A stretch of DNA of 64,000 nucleotides from a virus. Lineage: Duplodnaviria > Heunggongvirae > Uroviricota > Caudoviricetes. Below the pieces are notes generated by a model that ran no database searches, was not told the DNA's origin, and saw nothing but the letters and a program-made list of their open reading frames with translations. The position numbers and the translations under genes are program-made. Location of the stretch: positions 33,418 to 97,417 of IMG/VR virus record IMGVR_UViG_3300017992_000017. One strand, 5' to 3'. Shown here in pieces: positions 27,537 through 36,705 of this stretch. Every line of letters begins with the position of its first letter. The first letter of the stretch is position 1.

Positions 27537-28303
27537 AACCCCTGGTGTCCGTGGTGGTGGCGACACGCAACAAGGACAAGATCCTGGCCAAGGTGCTGGC
27601 TAGTATCTACCGTCAGTCGTGTGCCTATCCCTTGGAGGTCGTGGTCGTTGATGACGGATCCACGGACAACACCCGGGAGACCTGCCTCGCGTACCCGGAC
27701 TTGCGATACATCAGGTTGGAGGGTGGGGAGTACCGAAACTCCTGCTTTGCTCGAAACTGTGGGTACTGGGCAGCGAACGGCATGGCGTTGGTACTGCAGT
27801 CGGATGATGTGGTGCATGTCTCCGAGCGTGCCGTCGAGAAGCTGGTCGATCGGTTGGGACCTGGCGAGTTTACGATTGCCACGGTCTACAACTACGACCC
27901 CGAGACCAACGCACCGGTCCTGATGTACACGGGGACGGGATGGAAGCGACCGTTCTTCTTCCTGGGAGCGATACGGACCGAGGACATCTATGCAGTCGGT
28001 GGGAATGAGGAGGAGCTATTGGATGTGGGGGTTGGGTTCGATGATACGTGGTTGGCCGACTGTCTCACGCTAGGACAAGGACTAACCCCGGTATTTATGC
28101 ACACCGTTCTTGGATATCACCAGAATCACCGTCCCCTGATCCCCGGCATCATGAGGGAGAAACACGCCGACGCGAAACTCTGGTACGAGGCAAAGGTGCG
28201 TACGGGAAGGTTCGTGACCTCTACCGGCGCGTGGACAGAACGAATGGATCCTGACGAATGGGTACGGCATTATCACGTGTGTCAAGATCTATCGAGGTAC
28301 TAA
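27533..28303 (+). CDS. family-2 glycosyltransferase
   Basis: VSVVVATRNKDKILAKVLASIYRQSCAYPLEVVVVDDGSTDNT. Confidence 0.75.
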   Translation: MKPLVSVVVATRNKDKILAKVLASIYRQSCAYPLEVVVVDDGSTDNTRETCLAYPDLRYIRLEGGEYRNSCFARNCGYWAANGMALVLQSDDVVHVSERAVEKLVDRLGPGEFTIATVYNYDPETNAPVLMYTGTGWKRPFFFLGAIRTEDIYAVGGNEEELLDVGVGFDDTWLADCLTLGQGLTPVFMHTVLGYHQNHRPLIPGIMREKHADAKLWYEAKVRTGRFVTSTGAWTERMDPDEWVRHYHVCQDLSRY

Positions 28304-28403
28304 TGTCCGAAGACGTCTACTACCTGACTCCGAAAGCCATCATGGTCGGGGTGCTCAGTGAATATATCCCGCATGAAGAACTTGTAAACGCAGAGGACGA
28401 GGA

Positions 28404-29279
28404 ATGAGCACCACGATCGTAGCTGAGATCGGGATCAATCACAACGGCTGTCTCGCATTCGCCAAAGAGATGATCGACGCAGCGTATGAGGCTGGTGCCG
28501 ACGTGGTGAAATTCCAGAAGCGTACCCTGCCTGCCGCCGTTCCCATCCACCAGCGACACGCACTCAAAGAGACGCCTTGGGGACAGATGACGTACCTCGA
28601 CTACCGAAACAAGCTGGAGTTCGGGTTCGAGGAGTACTGCACCCTCGATCGGTGGTGTGCCAGGTACCCGATCTCCTGGACTGCGTCGGTGTGGGATGCG
28701 GAGGCTGCCAAGTTCATCGCTCAGTTTGACGTGCCGTACCTCAAGATCCCCTCAGCTGCCATTACGGACGCTCGACTCCTAGATGTCGTACGAGCCACGG
28801 GTAAGCCGGTCGTGATGAGCACCGGCATGTCCACGCTGGAGGAGGTAGACGCTGCGATCAACGTGCTCATGGGTAGCCGGTACTGTGACGGAGACTCCTG
28901 CCGTCGTACGCGTCAGCTACCACCGGCTCAGCTCACGCTCCTGCATTGTGTGAGCACCTATCCGACAGCCATCCCAGACATCAACCTCCGGGTCATGGAC
29001 ACGCTACGAGCTCACACGGGACTCCCAGTAGGCTATTCAGGACACGAGGTAGGGATGGCTGTGAGTATTGCCGCTGTTGCTCGTGGTGCCTGCATGATCG
29101 AGAGACACTTCACCACGTCGCAGACCATGTGGGGTACGGATCAGCGAGCATCTATGGAGCCGGGGGATTTTGCTGCACTGGTCAACGGTATCCGATCGGT
29201 GGAGAGAGCACTCGGTGATGGGGTGAAGATTGTCTGCACCCGAGAACTTCCTATTCGACAGAAGCTACGGGGTGTGTGA
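28404..29279 (+). CDS. neuB: NeuB-family nonulosonic acid (sialic-acid-like) synthase, catalytic domain only (no SAF domain)
   Basis: IVAEIGINHNGCLAFAKEMIDAAYEAGADVVKFQ, VVMSTGMSTLEEV, LLHCVSTYP, GYSGHEVG, IERHFT, end LGDGVK colinear with NeuB/PseI; ORF stops where SAF domain would begin. Confidence 0.85.
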   Translation: MSTTIVAEIGINHNGCLAFAKEMIDAAYEAGADVVKFQKRTLPAAVPIHQRHALKETPWGQMTYLDYRNKLEFGFEEYCTLDRWCARYPISWTASVWDAEAAKFIAQFDVPYLKIPSAAITDARLLDVVRATGKPVVMSTGMSTLEEVDAAINVLMGSRYCDGDSCRRTRQLPPAQLTLLHCVSTYPTAIPDINLRVMDTLRAHTGLPVGYSGHEVGMAVSIAAVARGACMIERHFTTSQTMWGTDQRASMEPGDFAALVNGIRSVERALGDGVKIVCTRELPIRQKLRGV

Positions 29280-29566
29280 TGACTACCGTTATGTCCAATA
29301 CGCTGTTCGACATCGTCTCCGAGATCCACGAGAGGCTACAGCAACAGATCGACGAGGGGGTTGTCAGATGGGAAGTGCTCGATACCGGAGGAGCAGCACC
29401 AGTACCGTGTGGGGTCGTCTTTCGGTACGAGTTTGTGTGGAACAATCACAAATACATATGGAAACATGCTTTCTCAGCCATCGAGCTCCTGTGTTGTCCG
29501 GATCCTATCTGGGTGGCTGAGTGGTTGGCCGATAGCTGGTTGCATGATGCTAAGGCTGTGAAATGA
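29276..29566 (+). CDS. hypothetical protein
   Basis: 96-aa ORF with start overlapping neuB stop. Confidence 0.35.
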   Translation: MMTTVMSNTLFDIVSEIHERLQQQIDEGVVRWEVLDTGGAAPVPCGVVFRYEFVWNNHKYIWKHAFSAIELLCCPDPIWVAEWLADSWLHDAKAVK

Positions 29567-30423
29567 AGATTGTCCACTACAAGAAGACCCCCCTGGCTTA
29601 CGCTCCGGACTGGTTGTCGATGGCAATCAACAAGTACTCGGAGCATGAGTCTTCGGTCGTCACGTATCCGAAGCAGCTCCCCAAGCCAGCCAAGGATACG
29701 GTCGTCCATTTTCACAACCGGTTCGTCCCCTACGCCGGTCCCTGTCTGATCCAATACCATTCGGAGCCAGACGAACCGAACCTGATGCATCCGAAAGACC
29801 ACCCCACCGCTCCAGAACGTCGGTTGGTGGTGGCTCATTATCACCCCACGCTCCCCGAATACAAGGACATGCACCCGGTCCGTAACGTGGTGGACTTCAG
29901 ACGTCCTCAGTTTGCATACACCCCGGTTCGGAAGTTCAAGGTCGGTTACTCTCCCTCAGTCACGCGTCGGATCAGCAGGTGGTACGACAAGGGATATGAG
30001 AAGACAGTACAGATCCTCCAGCGTGTTGCCAAAGAAGTCCCGGAGATGGAGGTCGACATTATTGCCGGGGTTTGTCTGGATGAGTGTCTCCGGCGTAAAC
30101 GGGACTGCTCCGTGCTGATCGATGAGTGCGTGACCGGGAGCTATCATCGGAGTGGACTGGAAGGACTGGCGTTGGGGAAGGTGACGATAGCCGGTATGGA
30201 TGCTGCCGTGGTTGATGTGTTTCAGAACGTGTCGGGATCTGTTCTGATTCCGTTTACGATCTGTGGCATCGACTACCTGTGCAACAAGCTGATCCGTCTG
30301 TCCAAGGATATTGATGCGTTGAGAGAACGAGGACTGCACAACCGGCAGTGGTTTGAGAATTTCTGGGCGCCTGAACAGATCGTGGCCGAGTACGTGGAGC
30401 ACTACAAGGAGGTGCTGGCATGA
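29563..30423 (+). CDS. putative GT1/GT4-fold glycosyltransferase
   Basis: C-terminal SYHRSGLEGLALGKVTIAGMDAAV resembles GT4 E.FG...lEAmA.G.PVI block. Confidence 0.45.
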   Translation: MKIVHYKKTPLAYAPDWLSMAINKYSEHESSVVTYPKQLPKPAKDTVVHFHNRFVPYAGPCLIQYHSEPDEPNLMHPKDHPTAPERRLVVAHYHPTLPEYKDMHPVRNVVDFRRPQFAYTPVRKFKVGYSPSVTRRISRWYDKGYEKTVQILQRVAKEVPEMEVDIIAGVCLDECLRRKRDCSVLIDECVTGSYHRSGLEGLALGKVTIAGMDAAVVDVFQNVSGSVLIPFTICGIDYLCNKLIRLSKDIDALRERGLHNRQWFENFWAPEQIVAEYVEHYKEVLA

Positions 30424-30806
30424 CTAGGATCATTACCCACCCAAGCAACGTGGCCGAGCTACGACGTCACTTTGAGAAGCAGCAGCGTACCAGGTCACCC
30501 TTTGGCATCCTCGGAGCACTGTCCCGGGGTGTGGAGATCCAAGAGAGCGAGCACATGGAGAAGGACCGACCCACCGGCAAGTACATACTACCGGACGGTC
30601 GGGTCGTTGAGAATCAGGACGTCGTGGTCGATACACCGTTCGTCACTTACGGACCAGAGGATATCCCCTCCCTTCTCTACGCCGGGATGATCCAAGAGGA
30701 AAGGGAGGCTCTCTACTATATGCTTAGCGACAGCTGGTGGCTTCATCTGGATCTCCTCCTGGCGGTTCGTAACCCGGCCGTCCTGCTTAGTAGTGCGTGT
30801 TGCTAA
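30420..30806 (+). CDS. hypothetical protein
   Basis: 128-aa ORF. Confidence 0.35.
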   Translation: MTRIITHPSNVAELRRHFEKQQRTRSPFGILGALSRGVEIQESEHMEKDRPTGKYILPDGRVVENQDVVVDTPFVTYGPEDIPSLLYAGMIQEEREALYYMLSDSWWLHLDLLLAVRNPAVLLSSACC

Positions 30807-30815
30807 AGGAGTACC

Positions 30816-31055
30816 ATGACCGACAAAGACCGAGAGATCCAACGCCTGCAGGCACTCGTCTACATGCTCTACGACGACGAGGAGTGCAGAATGACCGACC
30901 TTCACGGAGTTCCTTATTGTGAGACCCATGACCACATCTATTGGAATCCTGGCGATATGTGTCCCCATGCCGTAGCTTACGCAGTCCTCCCGGCGTCTGT
31001 GGCATTGGGGCCACCGTGTAACTTTCGAGAGTGGGTAAAGGAGAAACAACAGTGA
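30816..31055 (+). CDS. hypothetical small protein
   Basis: 79 aa; C..H..H..C..H residues. Confidence 0.3.
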   Translation: MTDKDREIQRLQALVYMLYDDEECRMTDLHGVPYCETHDHIYWNPGDMCPHAVAYAVLPASVALGPPCNFREWVKEKQQ

Positions 31056-31060
31056 CCGTG

Positions 31061-31133
31061 GCCACCGTAGCTCAATTGGCAGAGCAGCGGATTTGTAATT
31101 CGCCGGTTGTGGGTTCAAGTCCCTCCGGTGGCT
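31061..31133 (+). tRNA. tRNA-Thr (anticodon UGU), no encoded CCA
   Basis: acceptor GCCACCG/CGGTGGC perfect 7 bp, D-arm GCTC-AATTGGCA-GAGC, anticodon stem GCGGA/TTCGC with loop TTTGTAA, T-arm GTGGG-TTCAAGT-CCCTC. Confidence 0.6.
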
Positions 31134-31401
31134 TTGACAAGGAGAAGAACGTGAACAACCCCCCAGCGTTTCCCCGTCCGATTGGTGCGGCTATTACGAA
31201 GGATGATGGATATGGTACACGACACCGTACCGTTTCCCCAGCCGCGCCTGGCATGACCCTGCGTGACTACTTCGCTGCACACGCACTGTCTGGCATTATC
31301 GGTAACGGAGCGCTTCATTTCACACATGGACACACACAGAAAACAGTCCGGTGTGCTTACGAACTCGCCGACGAGATGCTGAGACAAAGGGAGGTTAGCG
31401 A

Positions 31402-31683
31402 ATGAGACTGTGCTTTCCGAAACAACAGAATGGATGGAAGACCAAATGCTGGCACGGTATCTTCTCGATCCAACCAGACATCCTTCGTCGTGTAGAGGGA
31501 TGGAACGTCTTTGATCTGGCCTTGTTCTATCTCGACCAGGCACCAGTAGAAGGTGCTTACGTTGCTCCCGCTAACTATCGTGGGTTCTGGCTTCACTTTC
31601 GTTTCTGGCTTCCCGTCATAGGTTGGAGGCTTGGGTTGAGTCTCAAGAAGTGTAAAGACCCTGCATCCTTCGAACAGACATAA
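31402..31683 (+). CDS. hypothetical protein
   Basis: 93-aa Trp-rich ORF. Confidence 0.3.
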   Translation: MRLCFPKQQNGWKTKCWHGIFSIQPDILRRVEGWNVFDLALFYLDQAPVEGAYVAPANYRGFWLHFRFWLPVIGWRLGLSLKKCKDPASFEQT

Positions 31684-31696
31684 GTAAAAACCCCCA

Positions 31697-32317
31697 ATGT
31701 CCGGACTTGAATGGCTTGGGGAGCTGGCACACTACCTCGGATCCTGGGTGCCACATCCCCAACGAATTCTGCAACCCCAGCGTGGCGTCAAGCTCCGCAG
31801 CCTGGGTTGGTTCCTGTTCACGTCCAAAGACTGGTGGACCACGTTCTCTTGGCTAACTCCCCCGAGACCCGAACCCCTCCTGCTCACTCCCGGACTCACA
31901 TGGTATCTCCCGGCACTCACAGAGGTCACCATATTCTCCATAGTCGAGGACGAGTACCCAGTACCCAGTCTCCCCACGGTTCTGCGGGGTGGTGTTACCG
32001 TCTGTGTGGGAGGGATCGCGACCGTCAAGATCCAGTCTCCTCGCCGAGCTGTTCTGCGTTGTGTGTCCGTGAAGGAGAAGATCGAGGCAGAAACCCTCCG
32101 AGCCATCCACCAGGTCGTCGCCGGGGTTACAACGAACGAGCTGGCCGAACAGATAGCCAACAAAGCACTCGAAGAAGAGCTCACCGCCACCGTAGCCGAC
32201 AACTTACGGTACTACGGTATCCGGGTACTGCGAGTAACGGCGTTTGTTGGCACGGCGCTGGTACTTCACCATTCGTCTCAGCCACGGGTCGAATACGCAC
32301 TTGAGGACGACTCCTAA
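31697..32317 (+). CDS. hypothetical protein
   Basis: 206 aa. Confidence 0.4.
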   Translation: MSGLEWLGELAHYLGSWVPHPQRILQPQRGVKLRSLGWFLFTSKDWWTTFSWLTPPRPEPLLLTPGLTWYLPALTEVTIFSIVEDEYPVPSLPTVLRGGVTVCVGGIATVKIQSPRRAVLRCVSVKEKIEAETLRAIHQVVAGVTTNELAEQIANKALEEELTATVADNLRYYGIRVLRVTAFVGTALVLHHSSQPRVEYALEDDS

Positions 32318-32347
32318 GGAAGGGGAACTCCTACTATAGGTTCTTAC

Positions 32348-33730
32348 ATGCCGCACCCCCACGAGACGATCCAAAGAGCACTCGAGCTCTACGAACAAGA
32401 GAACTCCATCACGGCCGCCGCAAAGGCTCTGGGGATACCCCGCACTACGGTTCGAGACTGGGTCCACAAGCAAGCCAACGGAGAACCCCTACCGTCCCCC
32501 AGGAAGTCCTCTGCACCTCCTGACGACTTCGTAGAGGACCTTCCCGACACGGACGTCACCAAGACAGGAGAAGGCTATACGAAGGACGTGCGCAAGCGAC
32601 AGACGGTGATCACGTGCCGGTCCAGGACGATCCATACCCTGGACGGAGCTCTTGAGTATGCCGGTGTGGACCTGGAAGAGTGGGAAGTCGACCGGTACGT
32701 TATCAACAAGTGGGATTGTGTAGCAAAGACGGCCATTGAGAAGGTCAGTGACGAGCCGGTTCGATGGGAAAGGGAGCTCACGGCCACGGAGCTCTGGCAG
32801 GTGAAGGTCTGGCTCAAACGGATCGAGACACCCGTAGAGAAACAGAGTCTCCAGGACTTCAAGGACGAACTACTCACAGAGATCCGAGAGCACGCACCTG
32901 AGTACCCAGCATACCCACCCCCACTGTCCGTCTCCGGGAAGTACCTGCTGGAGATCTCTTTACCGGACCTACACTTTGGAAAACTCTCGTGGGCAGCTGA
33001 AACTGGGGAGGACTACGACTGCGAGATCACGGAGAAGAGGTTCCGGGAAGCGATCGAGAACCTACTATCCCACACATCATGCTACCAGCCGGAAAGGATC
33101 CTGTTCCCCGTAGGCAATGACTTCCTGCACATCGACAACCTGGAGTCGACTACAGCTCACGGTACCAGGCAGGACGTAGACACCAGACCGCACCGGATTT
33201 TTCGTCGAGGGTGGCAGCTGTTGGTCGAGGGGGTTGACCGGCTGGCAGAGATCGCGCCGGTGGATGTGGTCGTGATCCCCGGGAACCATGATACGCTGAG
33301 TATGTTCCATGTGGGAGAGGTGCTCGACGCGTGGTATCACAAGACCGACCGGGTGCAGATTGACAACAGTCCCCGGAGCCGGAAGTATGTGGAGTACGGA
33401 CAGAACCTGCTCGGCTTCTGTCACGGCGGGAAAGAGGATCCCAAACCGGACGATCTCCCTCTGATCATGGCGACTCAGGAGAAGGAAGCCTGGGCGCGCA
33501 CGACTCACCACGAATTCCATCTGGGTCACTTCCATACCAAGCGAGAGACGAAGTACCTGGCCGGTGACACGCATAAGGGAGTGATCGTACGAGTGATACC
33601 CAGCCTCTGCGGTACCGACAAGTGGCATTTCGACAAGGGATTCGTGGAGAACCCTCGTGCTGCCGAAGCTTACCTGTACGACCACGAGGCTGGGTACCGG
33701 GGACACTATCTCTGGCAGGCAGTCGCGTAG
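32348..33730 (+). CDS. HTH-domain plus calcineurin-like metallophosphoesterase protein
   Basis: N-terminal ITAAAKALGIPRTTVRDWV HTH; PVGNDFLHIDN, VVIPGNHDT, GHFHT phosphoesterase motifs. Confidence 0.5.
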   Translation: MPHPHETIQRALELYEQENSITAAAKALGIPRTTVRDWVHKQANGEPLPSPRKSSAPPDDFVEDLPDTDVTKTGEGYTKDVRKRQTVITCRSRTIHTLDGALEYAGVDLEEWEVDRYVINKWDCVAKTAIEKVSDEPVRWERELTATELWQVKVWLKRIETPVEKQSLQDFKDELLTEIREHAPEYPAYPPPLSVSGKYLLEISLPDLHFGKLSWAAETGEDYDCEITEKRFREAIENLLSHTSCYQPERILFPVGNDFLHIDNLESTTAHGTRQDVDTRPHRIFRRGWQLLVEGVDRLAEIAPVDVVVIPGNHDTLSMFHVGEVLDAWYHKTDRVQIDNSPRSRKYVEYGQNLLGFCHGGKEDPKPDDLPLIMATQEKEAWARTTHHEFHLGHFHTKRETKYLAGDTHKGVIVRVIPSLCGTDKWHFDKGFVENPRAAEAYLYDHEAGYRGHYLWQAVA

Positions 33731-33934
33731 TTACTGCTCGGCCTCTTCTCTTTCCTGAGCCTTCTCGTACTCGGCCAGGAGATAAGCCAGTTGATCCCGT
33801 CGTCTGGGTCCTGCGTTAGGTGCATGGACACAGACGGGGGTTTCTCCGAGCTTGTAGTACCCGAAAAGCTGAGGCTCAAATCCGTACCGTCTGCAGGCTG
33901 CGATGAATTGAGCTTGGGTCAGATCTCTAGTCAT
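33731..33934 (-). CDS. hypothetical protein
   Basis: 67 aa. Confidence 0.3.
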   Translation of the reverse strand: MTRDLTQAQFIAACRRYGFEPQLFGYYKLGETPVCVHAPNAGPRRRDQLAYLLAEYEKAQEREEAEQ

Positions 33935-34215
33935 TCGCAGACCTCCTCTTCGGTTTCAGGCTCTGAGGGTTGTGCTCCCCCTGTCCTGACGTCCTCCAGG
34001 TCATAGCACAAATAGGAGTGGCAGCCATCGTAGCCAACCCGTCCGTCAGACACCATCACCTCATAGATCGGATCGGGTTTGCTCCACGATCCTCGCAAGT
34101 CCTCAATAGCTCGGTCTGGCTCGTTGTCGTCAAACACCAGCCAGCCATAGAGCGGGTACAGACCGTCGTAGTCCTGTTTCTCCTGCTGGGTTGCTCGGCG
34201 GATCTTCGGTTTCAT
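33931..34215 (-). CDS. hypothetical acidic protein
   Basis: 94 aa; start/stop overlap. Confidence 0.4.
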   Translation of the reverse strand: MKPKIRRATQQEKQDYDGLYPLYGWLVFDDNEPDRAIEDLRGSWSKPDPIYEVMVSDGRVGYDGCHSYLCYDLEDVRTGGAQPSEPETEEEVCE

Positions 34216-34291
34216 GGGAATTTCTCCTGGGTTTCGTCTCGTCCGGATCCACCTTAATTATACAGACTGGTGTGTTTACCCCTGCGTGCCT

Positions 34292-34337
34292 CACCAATAG
34301 AAAAGGACTTAGGACAACAAACCTGTCCTAAGTCCTT
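34292..34337 (-). terminator. rho-independent terminator candidate (14-bp perfect stem, 7-nt loop, T-rich on minus strand)
   Basis: AAGGACTTAGGACA-acaaacc-TGTCCTAAGTCCTT; minus-strand 3' flank TTTTCTATT; lies downstream of - strand gene 34406..34915. Confidence 0.5.
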
Positions 34338-34405
34338 GTTTGTCGGTAGTCTTATTTCCAAAGTGTCCAGTTCGCAAACTAGACCGGCCGAAAAAATAAT
34401 CCAAC

Positions 34406-34915
34406 CTATTTTCGTTTCTGCGACCCCTCTTTCTGGGAGCGGGTATACCCCTCTTCCCTCATCTGCTCCTCGATCTTGTCCACAATCTTCCTTGCCTCGG
34501 CTGGGGAGAGACCCCACGTGTTCTTCAGCAAGCTCAGCGCCTTGGTTCGGCCGGAGATTGCCACCAAGGCTCCAGGAGTCATGAGTCCGTTACCCTGTGC
34601 ACACTCGACCTGCTCGGCAATTGAACCAGATGTCAATTGCTTTGCAGCAGCTTGGGGATCCTTTGGACCCTTGTTCCGTCCGAAGTAGCCGCTGGCTGAT
34701 CCCCCCAAGTACGAGATCACGCGATAGCATGCTTGCTGGTTGGAAGCTGCCCACACGTACTTGACAATTTCCTTCCCGTCCTCGGAAGGAATGCTGATGA
34801 CGTACAGACACCAGCGTTTCTTCTCTGTTCCGTCGTCTTTGTAGGCTACCGGTGGCCGGTTTTTCAGTGCCTCTTCCGCCGTGTCGTATACTTCTGTCTT
34901 CTTCTGTCGTGGCAT
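34406..34915 (-). CDS. hypothetical protein
   Basis: 169 aa. Confidence 0.45.
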   Translation of the reverse strand: MPRQKKTEVYDTAEEALKNRPPVAYKDDGTEKKRWCLYVISIPSEDGKEIVKYVWAASNQQACYRVISYLGGSASGYFGRNKGPKDPQAAAKQLTSGSIAEQVECAQGNGLMTPGALVAISGRTKALSLLKNTWGLSPAEARKIVDKIEEQMREEGYTRSQKEGSQKRK

Positions 34916-35080
34916 CGTTCTCTTCCTTTGATGCTGTGGCTTTGTCCGTATGCCTTGTATTATACAGCATCCGTCCTGTCCGTACTAGATGTTGGTGTCA
35001 CTGCTACCATTATACAACATATAGTTTCGTCGGCAAGAGGGAGAAGAGGAATTTTATCATAACTTTCTGGTAGAATAGTG

Positions 35081-35299
35081 TTAATTCGCTTCATTTCGCA
35101 TATCTTCAAGCATACGAAGGAGGTGTTGATAGCCATTTCCGAGCCACCCCTCTCCATCCCAATACTTCAGGAGTGCCCTGGCTTCGTCCCAGTCCTGCTT
35201 GCGAATCTCGGCCAGAACCATCTCCCGCCTAGCACAACAACGTGCAGGAGACGTGGCATCAAACGCAGCCGCGAACTGGGATAGTATGGTCTCGTTCAT
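35081..35299 (-). CDS. hypothetical protein
   Basis: 72 aa. Confidence 0.3.
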   Translation of the reverse strand: MNETILSQFAAAFDATSPARCCARREMVLAEIRKQDWDEARALLKYWDGEGWLGNGYQHLLRMLEDMRNEAN

Positions 35300-35315
35300 G
35301 TTTGGTGAATTCCCG

Positions 35316-35537
35316 TCAGTTCATTATCTGCTCAATAGAAACGCCAAACAGATCGGCCAACGCGTAGAAGTCCCGGCTCGATAGACAACACGTCCCGGAC
35401 TCGCACTGGATCAACTTGGCCAGCGTCACCCTGGACTTCTCTGCGGTAACGATCTGAGACATCCCCTGTTCTCTCCGGAGAGTCTTGATCCTCCACCCCA
35501 CCATGTCATCCCACGTGAGCATGAATTGTCCTCGCAA
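35316..35537 (-). CDS. XRE/Cro-like helix-turn-helix transcriptional regulator
   Basis: IKTLRREQGMSQIVTAEKSRVTLAKLIQCESG ... LADLFGVSIEQI typical HTH_XRE. Confidence 0.6.
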   Translation of the reverse strand: MRGQFMLTWDDMVGWRIKTLRREQGMSQIVTAEKSRVTLAKLIQCESGTCCLSSRDFYALADLFGVSIEQIMN

Positions 35538-36354
35538 GCTGTGGCCAACGCTGATACGCCGACGCGGTTATGAACTGCTCCACCCGCTCGATCTCAGCCA
35601 GCGAGTTTGCCAGTGAGCATTGCCGGGGAACTGCTGTCTGGATCTGCTGCACCCACACACGCAACTGCCGAATCTCCTCCAGACGGGACTGTACGTACTT
35701 GAATCCCCGCTCCTGTCCCAGAGCTTTACGGAGGAGGTTGCCGGATCGCTCGGTGACGACCAGCAGCATCGAACTGGCAAAGGATCTCTGTCCCCGGCGA
35801 TCAAAGTAGGCTGACCACGTGCTGATCTGCTCCGGCGATCCAGATGGACTGGCCTCCTGAACTAGCTTGACGACTTTATCCCACTTCTTTACAGACCAGG
35901 GTGGAAGCCAGTAGACTGTCCCGAAAGATCTGAGGGGTAGTCCGTCAAGTTTCCGGATGATGTTTTGCAGATTTCTGGCCAGCACAGTAGGGTCAAGCAT
36001 CTTGAGCGTGGCTGTCCAAGCGCCCTGTACCTCTTCCTTCTGTCCCTCATGATCGTGTTTGACGAGCAATGTCCCATCACCCTTGAGTACAGCCTCAAAC
36101 ACCGGGAGCGTCTGTCCATCCCGTAATACCCGGTATCCGTTGGGGAGAGACCGGATTATGTCGGGATGGGGAAAGACGTCCTGAATGGCCTTCTTGAACG
36201 TCCTCTTGTCGGACGGAACTGCGATGGAGCTGGGCATATCCATCTCTTCAAGACCTGTGTGGATCTTGCGCCGGTCAAAACTCTCGGCCAGATCCCAGTA
36301 GGTCTTGATCCCTACGAGCAGCTCCGGCAGCACACTATTCGATGTCTGGGTCAT
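35506..36354 (-). CDS. hypothetical protein
   Basis: 282 aa. Confidence 0.45.
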   Translation of the reverse strand: MTQTSNSVLPELLVGIKTYWDLAESFDRRKIHTGLEEMDMPSSIAVPSDKRTFKKAIQDVFPHPDIIRSLPNGYRVLRDGQTLPVFEAVLKGDGTLLVKHDHEGQKEEVQGAWTATLKMLDPTVLARNLQNIIRKLDGLPLRSFGTVYWLPPWSVKKWDKVVKLVQEASPSGSPEQISTWSAYFDRRGQRSFASSMLLVVTERSGNLLRKALGQERGFKYVQSRLEEIRQLRVWVQQIQTAVPRQCSLANSLAEIERVEQFITASAYQRWPQLARTIHAHVG

Positions 36355-36667
36355 AGAGAATCTCCAGCTCCCACGTGTCGGGTACTTCGTCGGTTGCGTA
36401 CAGGACGGACGCGAGAAAGTCCGGTTCGTCTGGTTCCTCGGCTCGCTGCATCTGTTCCAGGATCACGTAGTCCCGACAGACGAGTTTCCGGAGGATGTAT
36501 GTCCTGGTGACAAATCGTTCCTTGTCGAAATCCCACCCCGTAATATCGTTGATTCCCCGTCCGTGGACAACCCCCAGAACTGTCTCGGTACACGCTTCCC
36601 CTTTCTCCTCCAGGTCTTTTCGGATCTTGGTCAGTGTCGACATATTGAAGGTCTCTTTTGACCACAT
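36335..36667 (-). CDS. hypothetical protein
   Basis: 110 aa; overlapping start. Confidence 0.4.
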   Translation of the reverse strand: MWSKETFNMSTLTKIRKDLEEKGEACTETVLGVVHGRGINDITGWDFDKERFVTRTYILRKLVCRDYVILEQMQRAEEPDEPDFLASVLYATDEVPDTWELEILYDPDIE

Positions 36668-36705
36668 ACCTTACCCTCCGGTGAAAGATGTAGAATAGGT
36701 CTCCT

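Noticed and set aside
31031-31405. 124-aa ORF covering the tRNA-Thr
   Set aside because: Overlaps a well-folding tRNA; the N-terminal part is the tRNA itself read as protein. A short gene starting further downstream (~31252) cannot be excluded but has no support
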